Positions 10,965 to 20,817 of a stretch of DNA of 64,000 nt are shown piece by piece (position 1 is the stretch's first letter; every line of letters starts with the position of its first letter). This DNA comes from Obrimoposthia wandeli (taxonomy: Eukaryota): contig CDROCS010000506.1 in assembly GCA_977020255.1 (NCBI GenBank), positions 1,550,001 through 1,614,000 on the forward strand, written 5' to 3'. Both the position numbers and the translations under genes were made by a program. The notes under the pieces were generated by a model that saw only the letters and a list, made by a program, of their open reading frames with translations, was not told where the DNA came from and searched no databases.

Positions 10965-11035
10965 GTTTTGATTTACGCATAAAACATACCACTAAAGCAT
11001 TAACTTTTATGGTATGTGACTAAAGCACGTAATCT

Positions 11036-12100
11036 TTATTTATGGTATTGCTTACTGAATTCACCAACTGCTTCGATGAATACACCCGCTTTTTCAGGTT
11101 CAACATCTAAATGGATACCGTGACCTAAGTTCATCACGTGACCATTGCCTTCACCAAAACCAGCTAAAATCGTGCTTACTTCTTCACGAATACGTTCTGG
11201 TGATGCATAAAGCATTGAAGGATCCATATTACCTTGAAGTGCAACTTTATCGCCAACACGTGCTTTTGCTTCAGCAATATCAATTGTCCAATCAAGACCA
11301 ATCGCGTCACAACCTGTTGCTGCGATCTGCTCGATCCATTGACCACCATTTTTAGTGAACAAAGTAACTGGTACTTTACGACCATCTGCAAAACGCGTTA
11401 AGCCATCAACAATTTTGTGCATGTACTGCAGTGAGAAATCTTTGTAATCACGTGGTGATAATACGCCACCCCAAGTATCAAATACCATCACAGATTGTGC
11501 ACCAGCAGCAATTTGCGCATTCAGGTAAGTGATAACAGAATCAGCTAGTTTATCTAATAATAAATGTAACGTTTGCGGTTCAGCAAAGCCCATTTTTTTA
11601 ATTTTAGTAAACGTTTTTGTACCACTGCCTTCAACCATGTAAGTTGCCAGTGTCCAAGGGCTACCAGAAAAACCAATTAATGGCACTGCGCCATCAAGAT
11701 TTTTACGGATAGTACGCACTGCATTCATTACATATTGCAGTTCACCTTCTGGATCTGGGTGACCAATTTTATCAACATCCGCTTTACACGTGATCGGACG
11801 TTCAAATTTAGGACCTTCACCTTCTGAAAAGTACAGACCTAAACCCATCGCATCAGGAATCGTTAAGATATCTGAAAACAGAATAGCCGCATCAAGTGGA
11901 AAACGGCGTAATGGTTGTAGCGTTACTTCGCAAGCAAGTTCAGCGTTCTTACACAGCGACATAAAGTCACCCGCTTCAGCGCGCGTTGCTTTATATTCTG
12001 GTAAATAACGGCCTGCTTGGCGCATCATCCATACTGGTGTTTGGTCTACCGATTCTTTGGCTAACGCACGTAAATAACGATCATTCTTTAACTCGCTCAT
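11036..12100 (-). CDS. hemE: Uroporphyrinogen decarboxylase
   Basis: [48 protein letters not shown]. Confidence 0.98.
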   Translation of the reverse strand: MSELKNDRYLRALAKESVDQTPVWMMRQAGRYLPEYKATRAEAGDFMSLCKNAELACEVTLQPLRRFPLDAAILFSDILTIPDAMGLGLYFSEGEGPKFERPITCKADVDKIGHPDPEGELQYVMNAVRTIRKNLDGAVPLIGFSGSPWTLATYMVEGSGTKTFTKIKKMGFAEPQTLHLLLDKLADSVITYLNAQIAAGAQSVMVFDTWGGVLSPRDYKDFSLQYMHKIVDGLTRFADGRKVPVTLFTKNGGQWIEQIAATGCDAIGLDWTIDIAEAKARVGDKVALQGNMDPSMLYASPERIREEVSTILAGFGEGNGHVMNLGHGIHLDVEPEKAGVFIEAVGEFSKQYHK

Positions 12101-12616
12101 ATCCTTTCCTGAATTGCGGCTCTAATATGGCGTGATTGTAACATTATTCAACAATTGACAAAATATTTGACGCCATTTTCATGACTAATTTACAAACAAG
12201 TTGATCCTAACAGGGCATTCATCGCCAAAATACCCGATCACACCGTCTTGTTCAGGCCTAAACGAAGAAAAAAACAACAAATTTGCAACGCAGCTCCGAC
12301 GTCACTAGCAAACAAGTTTAACTACATTCAATAGTGGTAATTAGTTTGCACAATTAACGCTAAGTTAATCAGAGACATCAATCACAATTATTTAACAAGC
12401 TTACTGAACAAAACCAAAAATCAGTCATAACAAATACTTATGTGCTATCATTAGTGCTACAAAAGTTTTAAACTAGTAATCACGCTTTAGTAGATATATC
12501 TGTTACTGCAGCGCTAATTAATCAGGTTTGACCAGATAAAATAGTGTTGACGTATTACGGTAAAAAATTTAGTAATAGGACACCTTAGTTTTTTAAGGGT
12601 ACATGGAGTAAGTCAT

Positions 12617-13105
12617 ATGTTAACCAAATTAGAACAAGCGCAACAAGCTTGGGGCGGTACGCACAACGCCATTGATCATTGGCTCGAAGAGCGACAAGAA
12701 TTGATTGTCGATTATTGTAAACTCGAAGGCTTACCCCCGTTTAAAAAAACAGCCGCATTGCCCAGCCAAGATGAACTACAAGCCTTCTGCCAAATTTTAA
12801 TCGATTATCTATCGACAGGTCATTTCGAAGTTTACGATCAAATCGTTTCTCAATGTGCGGAAAATAGCGCTAAGAGCCTATCCCTTGCTCAGAAAATCCA
12901 GCCGAAAATCATATTAACAACTGAAGCATTAGTTGAATTTAATGATAAATACGCCGATGGAAAACAAGACGATGACGCCTTAATCAAATCTTTAGATAAT
13001 GACATGTCAAAAGTGGGCGAGTTATTAGAACAGCGTTTTGAATTAGAAGACCAACTGTTATATGTACTTGCAACCTATCATCGCGAAGTCGTAGACGCTG
13101 AATAA
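12617..13105 (+). CDS. rsd: Sigma-70 regulator Rsd (Rsd/AlgQ family)
   Basis: ID.WLEERQELIVDYC, FCQILIDYLSTGHFEVY, LEQRFELEDQL. Confidence 0.95.
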   Translation: MLTKLEQAQQAWGGTHNAIDHWLEERQELIVDYCKLEGLPPFKKTAALPSQDELQAFCQILIDYLSTGHFEVYDQIVSQCAENSAKSLSLAQKIQPKIILTTEALVEFNDKYADGKQDDDALIKSLDNDMSKVGELLEQRFELEDQLLYVLATYHREVVDAE

Positions 13106-13247
13106 TCGTTGCGAATAGATAGACTAACAAATAATGGAGTCATGCTTGGCAAGCTATAGCATTACATCATCAGGAATGACGTCTGCAATAACACTGTGCA
13201 CGTAATAATATAGTTCATGTAATAAATAATAGAATACCAGCCAATAA

Positions 13248-13283
13248 AAAACCCATTCACATGCTTACATATGAATGGGTTTT
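13248..13283. terminator. Bidirectional terminator between rsd and fkpA
   Basis: aaaacccattca...tgaatgggtttt. Confidence 0.75.
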
Positions 13284-13348
13284 GTCTTTTTAATCGAATA
13301 AAAACACAATAACTGAATTACTCAGCTACTGTATTTTAATACGTTAAA

Positions 13349-14092
13349 TTATTTTTCTTGACCAGCAATTTCAAGTAATTCAACTTCAAATACTAATGTT
13401 GAATTTGGTGGGATGTCTGCACCCGCACCTTGTGCGCCGTAACCTAATTCAGATGGGATGTATAATTTATACTTACTGCCCACATTCATTAGTGCAACAC
13501 CTTCAGTCCAACCAGGAATAACACGGTTAAGTGCAAATGTAGCTGGTTCGCCACGTTCAACAGAACTATCAAATACCTTGCCATCTAACAGTGAACCAGT
13601 GTAATGCACAGTTACTGTATCGCTTGGCTTAGCTAGATCACCAGTACCAGCTGTTAGTACTTCATATTGAAGACCAGAGTCTGTTGTAGTGATACCTTCT
13701 TTCTTGCCATTTTCAGCAAAGAAATTAACTGCATCAGCTTGTGCTTTTTCGCTTTCTACACGTGCCGCTTCAGTTGATAGCGTATTCATTTTTTCGTCAT
13801 ATGCTTTTAATACAGCTTGTAATTCTTCATCAGACAATTGCGTTGTCTCGTTTAACGCATCAGTGATACCTTGAACGATGATTGTTTTATCTAATGGCGC
13901 ACCTAGCTCTTCTTGACGCTTAAGTGGTGCAACCAAGTTGCGTGCAACGATTGAACCGATTGCATAAGCCGCTTGTTGATCTTCGCTGTATGCCTTAATG
14001 TCTGTTGCTTTATCTGCTTGTGCTTCTTGACCACATGCTGCTAACAGAGATACCGCTGAAGCGAGTACAGTTATTTTAAAAAATTTTTTCAT
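13349..14092 (-). CDS. fkpA: FKBP-type peptidyl-prolyl isomerase FkpA
   Basis: AYAIG N-domain, [50 protein letters not shown]; lipobox-like LAAC. Confidence 0.95.
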   Translation of the reverse strand: MKKFFKITVLASAVSLLAACGQEAQADKATDIKAYSEDQQAAYAIGSIVARNLVAPLKRQEELGAPLDKTIIVQGITDALNETTQLSDEELQAVLKAYDEKMNTLSTEAARVESEKAQADAVNFFAENGKKEGITTTDSGLQYEVLTAGTGDLAKPSDTVTVHYTGSLLDGKVFDSSVERGEPATFALNRVIPGWTEGVALMNVGSKYKLYIPSELGYGAQGAGADIPPNSTLVFEVELLEIAGQEK

Positions 14093-14311
14093 CGAAATAC
14101 CTAATTAAATAATACAGTGAAATGTCACAACTACGTTCTTAGTTATACATAGCTAAACTACTTCTAAGTTACTTATTCCTAACCGACTAGTTATCATAAC
14201 TATTTGATGCTTCCATACAAGATATTAACAACTATAAATGCAAAAAATGATAAATCACTCTACTTTACTTAGTTTTACATCTTATCTAGGCTAGTATTTC
14301 AGCTCAAATAA

Positions 14312-14338
14312 ATCGACATTACATGTTAAACTTAGTTC
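14312..14338 (-). promoter_or_regulatory. Possible sigma-E promoter for fkpA
   Basis: GAACTA-N16-TCGAT on the minus strand about 220 bp upstream of fkpA. fkpA is an RpoE target in enterics. The -10 match is imperfect. Confidence 0.35.
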
Positions 14339-14366
14339 ATAAAATTAATCCATCGCGGAAAAAAAC

Positions 14367-14588
14367 ATGGAAATTCAGCAATTAGAAGAGCGTGTTGAAA
14401 ACTTAGAAATGAAACTTAGTTTTCAAGATGACACCATCGAGCAATTAAATAACGCTATTATTGATCAACAAAAAATACTTGAAGATCAGAAAGTACAGCT
14501 GACGTTTTTAATCAGTCGTATCAAAACAATGCAAGTGGGTAGTGGTCTAGCAAGTGAAGCAGACGAGACACCACCACCGCATTATTAA
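14367..14588 (+). CDS. slyX: SlyX family protein
   Basis: LEMKLSFQDDTIEQLN...ETPPPHY. Confidence 0.95.
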   Translation: MEIQQLEERVENLEMKLSFQDDTIEQLNNAIIDQQKILEDQKVQLTFLISRIKTMQVGSGLASEADETPPPHY

Positions 14589-14611
14589 TCCGGCCAGCGG
14601 CCAAATAAAAT

Positions 14612-14652
14612 AAAAAATGGCGCTGCTTTATGTTTAAAGTAACGCCATTTTT
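14612..14652. terminator. Bidirectional terminator after slyX
   Basis: aaaaatggcgctgcttta-tgtt-taaagtaacgccattttt. Confidence 0.75.
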
Positions 14653-14665
14653 ATTGAGTATCTAA

Positions 14666-15232
14666 TTACAATGCAAAGTTTACGAATGGGAAACAAGGTA
14701 GAAAACCATTTTCAGCACAGTTGATTAAACCGACCTGAACACCTTTGATTTCAGATGTCATATTGAAGAAACCAACCTGCACGTGTGAGTCATTCGACAG
14801 ATTTGCTAACCCCACATCAACCATGGTGTAACCCTCTGAATAGTTCACCGCGCTAATATTTGCGCCTTTCACATTATTCGTTACGTTAATAAAACCGAGA
14901 TTGGCACCAGTATCATTACCGTTATGCCAGTTTAACAAACCAAATGATGCACCGGTAAATTCACCGTGCACACGGTTTGCACCCAGTAATCCCCAATTAA
15001 CCCCCGTCACATCTGTCGCTTCGGATAAACCTAAAAGCGCAAAATCTACGCCAGTAACACTGACTGCGGCACTATGAAAAACAGTTAAACGAACACCATT
15101 TACTTCATTTGCTGTAGGCGCACTAAAACCATTTATTGATGAAAACATGACAGGTGTACTGTCTGCCATTGCTGTTGACGACACTATCGCCAAGCCCAAT
15201 CCGGCACAAACGTTAACTATATTTTTATTCAT
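14666..15232 (-). CDS. VC2662-family exported repeat protein (probable outer-membrane/surface protein)
   Basis: Signal peptide AMA|DST, repeated G.N.G.(L/F)N units, GVQVGLINCAENGFLPCFPFVNF C-terminus. Confidence 0.8.
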   Translation of the reverse strand: MNKNIVNVCAGLGLAIVSSTAMADSTPVMFSSINGFSAPTANEVNGVRLTVFHSAAVSVTGVDFALLGLSEATDVTGVNWGLLGANRVHGEFTGASFGLLNWHNGNDTGANLGFINVTNNVKGANISAVNYSEGYTMVDVGLANLSNDSHVQVGFFNMTSEIKGVQVGLINCAENGFLPCFPFVNFAL

Positions 15233-15490
15233 AATAAGTCCCTTTTTACATCATTAAAAATTAAGACATTGTTATTCTTATCAATAAACGCTTAACACAC
15301 GTCGAATAAGTCCAATTTAATTTCAATATAGTCCATAGACATAGTCTACAAATATAGTACATAAACAGGGTATTACACCTAAATATATAATAATAACTGA
15401 CATCAAAAGCATTAATCAGACAGTAGGCAAGAAGACAGTAAATGCCGGATAGCTGAGCGCTACTTTAGATATAATTCTGGAACGTCTACA

Positions 15491-15542
15491 GAATAATTTA
15501 GGAATAATTTAGGAATAATTTAGGAATAATTTAGGAATAATT
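15491..15542. repeat. Perfect 11-bp intergenic tandem repeat (gaataatttag x4 plus a partial copy)
   Basis: Read directly from the sequence. Confidence 0.95.
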
Positions 15543-15594
15543 CAAATATAAAATGAATATGATCAAACAGGGTTAAATCATCGGTTAGATAGCC

Positions 15595-15628
15595 AAAAAA
15601 ATGCCAGTCACTGTGACTGGCATTTTTT
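15595..15628 (-). terminator. Terminator of slyD
   Basis: aaaaaaatgccagtcac-t-gtgactggcatttttt. Confidence 0.85.
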
Positions 15629-15659
15629 AATTAAATCGATAACAGAGCATCACTAATGA

Positions 15660-16268
15660 TTAGTGACCGCCGCAGCAACCGTCTTTTTTCTCTTCTTTTG
15701 ATTCGTTAGAACCACAACAGCCAGTCTCTTCTTTTGCGTCGTCAGAACCACAACAGCCACCTTCGTGATCATGGTCGTGTCCGTGGTCATGACCACAGCC
15801 TTCAGCGCCATGGATGTGACCATGTTCTAATTCTTCTTCAGTCGCTTCACGCATGCCAATAACTTCACCATTGAATTGCAGTGTACGACCTGCAAATGGG
15901 TGGTTTGCATCAACAACAATAATGTCGTCTTCAACAGCTGTTACGATAACAGTACGGTGACCCGCATCGGTGTCAGCACTGAATGCCATACCAGGTTCAA
16001 CGCCTTCAACGCCTTCGAATAACTCAGCAGGTACTTCTTGTACTAGCTCAGGATCGTAGATGCCGTAACCTTGTTCAGGTTCAACTTTAACGTCAAAATC
16101 GTCACCAACTTTAAGACCTTCAAGCTCAGCTTCAAGACCAGGAACAAGGTAACCAGAACCCATTAAGAATTCTAGTGGTGATGAATCACGCGTATCATCG
16201 ATAAGTTCACCTTTATCATCTGTTACTGCGAAGTGTAGTACTACAACTGAGTTTGCTTCAATAAACAT
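15660..16268 (-). CDS. slyD: FKBP-type PPIase SlyD with His/Cys-rich metal-binding tail
   Basis: PLEFLMGSGYLVPGLEAEL, VDANHPFAGRTL.F, REATEEELEHGHIH, C-terminal His/Cys tail. Confidence 0.96.
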   Translation of the reverse strand: MFIEANSVVVLHFAVTDDKGELIDDTRDSSPLEFLMGSGYLVPGLEAELEGLKVGDDFDVKVEPEQGYGIYDPELVQEVPAELFEGVEGVEPGMAFSADTDAGHRTVIVTAVEDDIIVVDANHPFAGRTLQFNGEVIGMREATEEELEHGHIHGAEGCGHDHGHDHDHEGGCCGSDDAKEETGCCGSNESKEEKKDGCCGGH

Positions 16269-16323
16269 ATTTATTCTCTATTTCTAAATTAACTATTACA
16301 GTTATCTTTAAGCAAGGTCATTA

Positions 16324-16530
16324 TTAGTCTTGCTTAAAGACCCCTATCATTTGTTCGAAATCGCGGGTGGCGGTATTCACCTCTCCTTCTGCTTGCGCTT
16401 GAGTATAGCCACAACTAACACATTCAATTGTTTCTACCCCATTCACTTGAAATAGCTGGATCACATCTATTTCATTGCACGTCGGGCACTTAGCGCCGGC
16501 GACAAAGCGTCTTTTCTTCCGTTCAACCAC
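16324..16530 (-). CDS. yheV: YheV-family putative zinc-ribbon protein
   Basis: RRFVAGAKCPTC..ECVSCGY; upstream of slyD as in enterics. Confidence 0.9.
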   Translation of the reverse strand: MVERKKRRFVAGAKCPTCNEIDVIQLFQVNGVETIECVSCGYTQAQAEGEVNTATRDFEQMIGVFKQD

Positions 16531-16742
16531 TGCAACCTCCTAGTCTTTTCACGAGCTTAAAACGGCTTAATAATCCGCTTTAATAAACTGATATTAGGTT
16601 TATTAGCATCGTTTGACTAAGCCATTCGCATCGTTTAACTGAGAGTGTACTTTATTCTTAGTACAAATTTCAAAGTTTAACATTTTAAAATGGGCGTAAA
16701 TCCGCTAAAATCGCCGCAATTATAGTTACTAATAGCCCTCAT

Positions 16743-18656
16743 ATGATCATAGCTAGCGATATTGAACTTCTGCGTGGCGGCAAGCCGCTTATTACGAATA
16801 CCAGTGCCAAAATCAACCCAGGTCAAAAGGTTGGTTTAGTTGGTAAGAACGGCTGTGGTAAATCCAGTCTATTTGCCCTGATCCGCCATGAAATTAGTTT
16901 GGATAACGGTAGCCTAACCTATCCAACGGGTTGGCAAGTATCGAGTGTGAAACAGGAAACCCCTGCTCTCGATCGCAGCGCCCATGATTACGTATTAGAT
17001 GGTGATATTGAATTCCGTCAATTAGAAGCGGATCTTGCACAAGCTGAAGCGGTAGATAACGGCAACAAGATTGCTGAGATCCACGGCAAGCTCGATGCGA
17101 TTGGTGCTTATGGCATTAACGCGCGCTGTTCTGAACTGTTATCAGGTTTAGGTTTTAGCGAAGACAAACAACAATTACCGGTACAGAGTTTCTCGGGTGG
17201 TTGGCGTATGCGTTTAAACTTAGCGCAGGCACTGTTATGCCGTTCTGACCTATTACTACTAGATGAACCAACCAACCACTTGGATTTGGATGCGGTTATC
17301 TGGTTAGAGAAATGGTTAAAACAGTATGACGGCACCTTAATGCTGATCTCGCATGATCGCGATTTCCTCGATGCTATTATTACTAAGATCATTCACGTTG
17401 AAGACCGAAAGCTCAACGAATACACAGGTGATTACACCTCATTCGAAAAACAGCGTGCTGAAAAACTTTCTCAACAACAGTCTATGTTTGAAAAGCAACA
17501 GCGTGAAGTTGCCCACATGCAAAGTTATATTGACCGTTTCCGTTATAAAGCATCAAAAGCCAAACAAGCGCAAAGTCGTATTAAAGCGATGGAACGTATG
17601 GAACTTATTTCTGCGGCCAATGCTGATTCGCAATTTAGCTTTCGTTTCTTAGAACCTGATGCGCTGCCAATGCCGTTGTTAACAATGGAAAATGTATGTG
17701 CAGGTTATGGCGACACCCTGATTCTTGATAACATTAAGTTGAATCTAGTCCCAGGCAGCCGTATTGGTTTATTGGGTCGTAACGGCGCAGGTAAATCAAC
17801 ATTAATTAAGTTGTTGTCTGCTGAAATGATGCCACTAAAAGGCAAATTAGAAGTGAATCCGAATTCAAAAGTCGGTTACTTTGCCCAGCACCAATTAGAA
17901 TTTTTACGTTTGGACGAAACGCCATTACAACATATGGTACGTCTTGCGCCCGATAAAACAGAATTAGAACTGCGTAAATTCTTAGGCGGTTTTGGTTTCA
18001 TCGGCGAGAAAGCATTAGATATCGTGCGTCCATTCTCCGGTGGTGAAAAAGCACGTTTGGTATTAGCCCTGATCGTATGGCAAAAACCGAATCTGTTACT
18101 GCTTGATGAACCAACCAACCACTTGGATTTGGAAATGCGTCACGCGCTGTCAGTTGCCCTACAAGGCTTCGAAGGCGCTATGATTGTCGTATCCCATGAT
18201 CGTCACTTATTACGCTCTACGACTGATGAGCTGTACTTGGTACACGATAAGAAGGTATTACCGTTTGACGGCGACTTAGATGATTACCATAACTGGTTAT
18301 CAGAACAGCAAAAAGTTGAGAAACAAGCTACGCAAGTAGTTAATACCGGCGTCAACAGTGCGCAAGGTAAGAAAGATCAAAAACGTAAAGCTGCGGAATT
18401 ACGTAAAGTTACGCAACCAATACGCAAGCACATTGAAAAGCTCGACAAGCAACTTGAAACGTTAGGTGACAAGTTAACAGCCGTTGAAACTCAACTCAGT
18501 GAAGCCAGCATTTATGAAGAGCAAAACAAAGCCAAGCTAAAAACCGCATTAAGCGATCAAGCGAAGTTTGTTGTAGCGATTGAAGAAGCTGAAACCACAT
18601 GGATGGAATTAAACGAACAGCTTGAAGAAATGATTGAAGAAAGCGAACAAGCTTAA
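16743..18656 (+). CDS. yheS: ABC-F family ATPase (YheS-like)
   Basis: Two ABC cassettes (GKNGCGKS/FSGGWRMR; GRNGAGKS/FSGGEKAR), no TM segments, C-terminal coiled coil. Confidence 0.93.
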   Translation: MIIASDIELLRGGKPLITNTSAKINPGQKVGLVGKNGCGKSSLFALIRHEISLDNGSLTYPTGWQVSSVKQETPALDRSAHDYVLDGDIEFRQLEADLAQAEAVDNGNKIAEIHGKLDAIGAYGINARCSELLSGLGFSEDKQQLPVQSFSGGWRMRLNLAQALLCRSDLLLLDEPTNHLDLDAVIWLEKWLKQYDGTLMLISHDRDFLDAIITKIIHVEDRKLNEYTGDYTSFEKQRAEKLSQQQSMFEKQQREVAHMQSYIDRFRYKASKAKQAQSRIKAMERMELISAANADSQFSFRFLEPDALPMPLLTMENVCAGYGDTLILDNIKLNLVPGSRIGLLGRNGAGKSTLIKLLSAEMMPLKGKLEVNPNSKVGYFAQHQLEFLRLDETPLQHMVRLAPDKTELELRKFLGGFGFIGEKALDIVRPFSGGEKARLVLALIVWQKPNLLLLDEPTNHLDLEMRHALSVALQGFEGAMIVVSHDRHLLRSTTDELYLVHDKKVLPFDGDLDDYHNWLSEQQKVEKQATQVVNTGVNSAQGKKDQKRKAAELRKVTQPIRKHIEKLDKQLETLGDKLTAVETQLSEASIYEEQNKAKLKTALSDQAKFVVAIEEAETTWMELNEQLEEMIEESEQA

Positions 18657-18696
18657 TAATAAACTTAAGTGTGATAGTAAACTTAAGGTTGACAAT

Positions 18697-18731
18697 AAAT
18701 AGGGGCTGAACTTATATCAGCCTCTATTTTT
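18697..18731. terminator. Terminator after yheS
   Basis: aaataggggctga-acttata-tcagcctctatttt. Confidence 0.75.
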
Positions 18732-18747
18732 AATAAAATAGACTTTA

Positions 18748-19107
18748 TCAGAACAAGCTTTTCCACTGTTCTGTATCAACGAACCAGCGTTCCTCATAAA
18801 TTTTTTCACCTTCAAATTGGAACAACACAGATAGCTGCGAGGCTGTCACTTTATCGGCTTTCCATTCCACAATGGATACAACTTCATTGCCAGTTTCAAT
18901 CTGACGGAGCGCGGTAATTTCAAACCCTGGAGGTAACAAACCACCCAGATTATTTAACGCCTTTCGAAACGTCCGCCGTCCTCTTAGAATATCTTCCTGC
19001 CCCGGCATTACAAATGTCATATCATCCGTGTAATCGGTGATTAAGGCATCGAAATCACCTTTACCTACAGCTTCCCAACCACGCTGTACTATATTCGATA
19101 AATTCAT
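18748..19107 (-). CDS. NTF2/SnoaL-like fold protein
   Basis: 119 aa; ..WEAVGKGDFDAL...YTDDM.F..P, C-terminal beta strands FQFEGEKIYEERWFVD. Confidence 0.8.
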   Translation of the reverse strand: MNLSNIVQRGWEAVGKGDFDALITDYTDDMTFVMPGQEDILRGRRTFRKALNNLGGLLPPGFEITALRQIETGNEVVSIVEWKADKVTASQLSVLFQFEGEKIYEERWFVDTEQWKSLF

Positions 19108-19316
19108 TATGACGACCTTCTATAGGGTTTACATCATTTAACTATAGAGGGATTTTTATTACTCGGCACTAGCCATAATGGGATAAAAGTGTGATCTAAA
19201 GCTACTTAATCTTTCAGCTCATACAAATTTAAATTGAAGGTCTTAACCAGTTACTAGATCAACAAGTTAAAAGTGTTAAAGTAATAAATACACTCGCAAC
19301 AGAGACCATAGAATAT

Positions 19317-20726
19317 ATGCCGAAGCCATTTTATCGTTTTAGAAAAATTGATAATTTATTTGGAAAGAATAAAGAGTTAGAACGTCAGTCGATATACTTT
19401 GCAGCCCCTGAACAACTTAATGATCCAATTGAAGGATTGAAAGATATTTACTGGGAAGGTGATGAGGTCGTTTGGCGAAATCTATTTCGGAACTACTTGT
19501 TATGCCTCACCTCAACCTCTATTAATTATTTAAATTTTAATGAGGATGAAAGCATTAAAGAAATGATAAATCCATTTCTCACCGTAGAACGTCTATCTGA
19601 TGATTTAAGACCTATTTTCGAAACAATTTCAGATGATTTTTTTTGCAAAGAGCAAGTTCATTCTTTTATTTCAAAAATAGCTAAGTACAGAAAAAATGTT
19701 AGCGATTTAGAACTTAACCTATATTTCAAATCTATCCATCTATTAGCCTTATCTTGTATTTTTGAACGACTTGTAAGTGCTAACTTTGCTCCTCAAAATA
19801 TTATTGGGAAACAAAATTTTGAGATACTTAAGAAGCTTAAAATTCCGTTGTTGGATGAATTAATAAAAATACAAAAAAATAGTGGTGAAACAGAAGTCCA
19901 AGAATACTTAAATACTTACAATCATCGGGATTCACAAAAAAACTTAATGGTTGGCTACAGCAATAAAAAAATGCTAACGAATAAAAAACTTTTAATCATA
20001 AATTTTGCTTCCGTTTACATCAAAAAATTAGAAACATTAATGTATCCAAATTGGTATACCGCATGTTTTATGACTGAATGTAACAATTCTTCAGTGTGGG
20101 GGAATTACGGTGATAATCACAAAGGTGTTTGTTTAATATTTTCACCTAAAAATGAAATAGAAAAGTTAAGTCTACCATTAAATAACGCAATCAAAGGGTT
20201 CAGTGCAAGTAAAGGTAAAGTTAAAGAAAATAGAGGCATACAAGATTTTATTTTTGAACCTATCTCATATTTAGGTAAACCGAAACCTGTAAATTTTTTT
20301 GAATCCCTAGGGCAAGTACAAATGAATGACTTATTTTCAAATTGGTTTATAGGTAAGGATGGACAGAAGAGTCTATTGATGCCAAGTCATTCTGCCGAAT
20401 GGAGAAAATCACACTGGAAAGCCTTCCACGAAGCCATAACGCTGAAAACTAAAGACTGGAAATATGAAAATGAATCTAGACTCATCATTAATGATATGAA
20501 TGGTAGTTATAGCAATCACGACCGAGTTCTAAAGTATGAATTCTTATCTTTAAAAGGAATTATTTTTGGAATAAAAACCACCGAAGAGGATAAGCATCGA
20601 GTAATTAAAGTGATACAAGAAAAGATACATGAGCATAATCATAATGATTTTAAATTTTATCAAGCTCAATATTGTCGAGAAAGAGGTGATATTCAGCGCT
20701 ACGAATTAAATTATTTAGACCTATAA
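19317..20726 (+). CDS. DUF2971-domain protein (predicted ADP-ribosyltransferase-like fold)
   Basis: FYRFR, YFA.P.QLNDP.EG, ACF......VWGNYGDNHKGVCL.F, K.KDWKYENE.R, LKGIIFG; AT-rich gene. Confidence 0.82.
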   Translation: MPKPFYRFRKIDNLFGKNKELERQSIYFAAPEQLNDPIEGLKDIYWEGDEVVWRNLFRNYLLCLTSTSINYLNFNEDESIKEMINPFLTVERLSDDLRPIFETISDDFFCKEQVHSFISKIAKYRKNVSDLELNLYFKSIHLLALSCIFERLVSANFAPQNIIGKQNFEILKKLKIPLLDELIKIQKNSGETEVQEYLNTYNHRDSQKNLMVGYSNKKMLTNKKLLIINFASVYIKKLETLMYPNWYTACFMTECNNSSVWGNYGDNHKGVCLIFSPKNEIEKLSLPLNNAIKGFSASKGKVKENRGIQDFIFEPISYLGKPKPVNFFESLGQVQMNDLFSNWFIGKDGQKSLLMPSHSAEWRKSHWKAFHEAITLKTKDWKYENESRLIINDMNGSYSNHDRVLKYEFLSLKGIIFGIKTTEEDKHRVIKVIQEKIHEHNHNDFKFYQAQYCRERGDIQRYELNYLDL

Positions 20727-20817
20727 ATTAAAGTAAACACGTTTAAAATATTCCATTGCCTTAAACAACAAAGATTAGTACGTAAATAAAACAATGGATT
20801 AGAATTAGTTAGCGCAC

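Noticed and set aside
13106-13247. Small ORF or sRNA in the rsd 3' region (23-codon MESCLASY...)
   Set aside because: No convincing RBS or conserved features; needs expression data
14666-15232. Common database label 'PhaC PHA synthase' for this family
   Set aside because: It is a 188-aa exported repeat protein with no lipase box or alpha/beta-hydrolase core
15491-15542. Repeat array as a possible CRISPR
   Set aside because: The units are contiguous 11-mers with no spacers, and no cas genes are present
18657-20817. SnoaL and DUF2971 genes as integron cassettes
   Set aside because: No RYYYAAC...GTTRRRY attC structure could be identified, the genes are divergent, and no integrase is present
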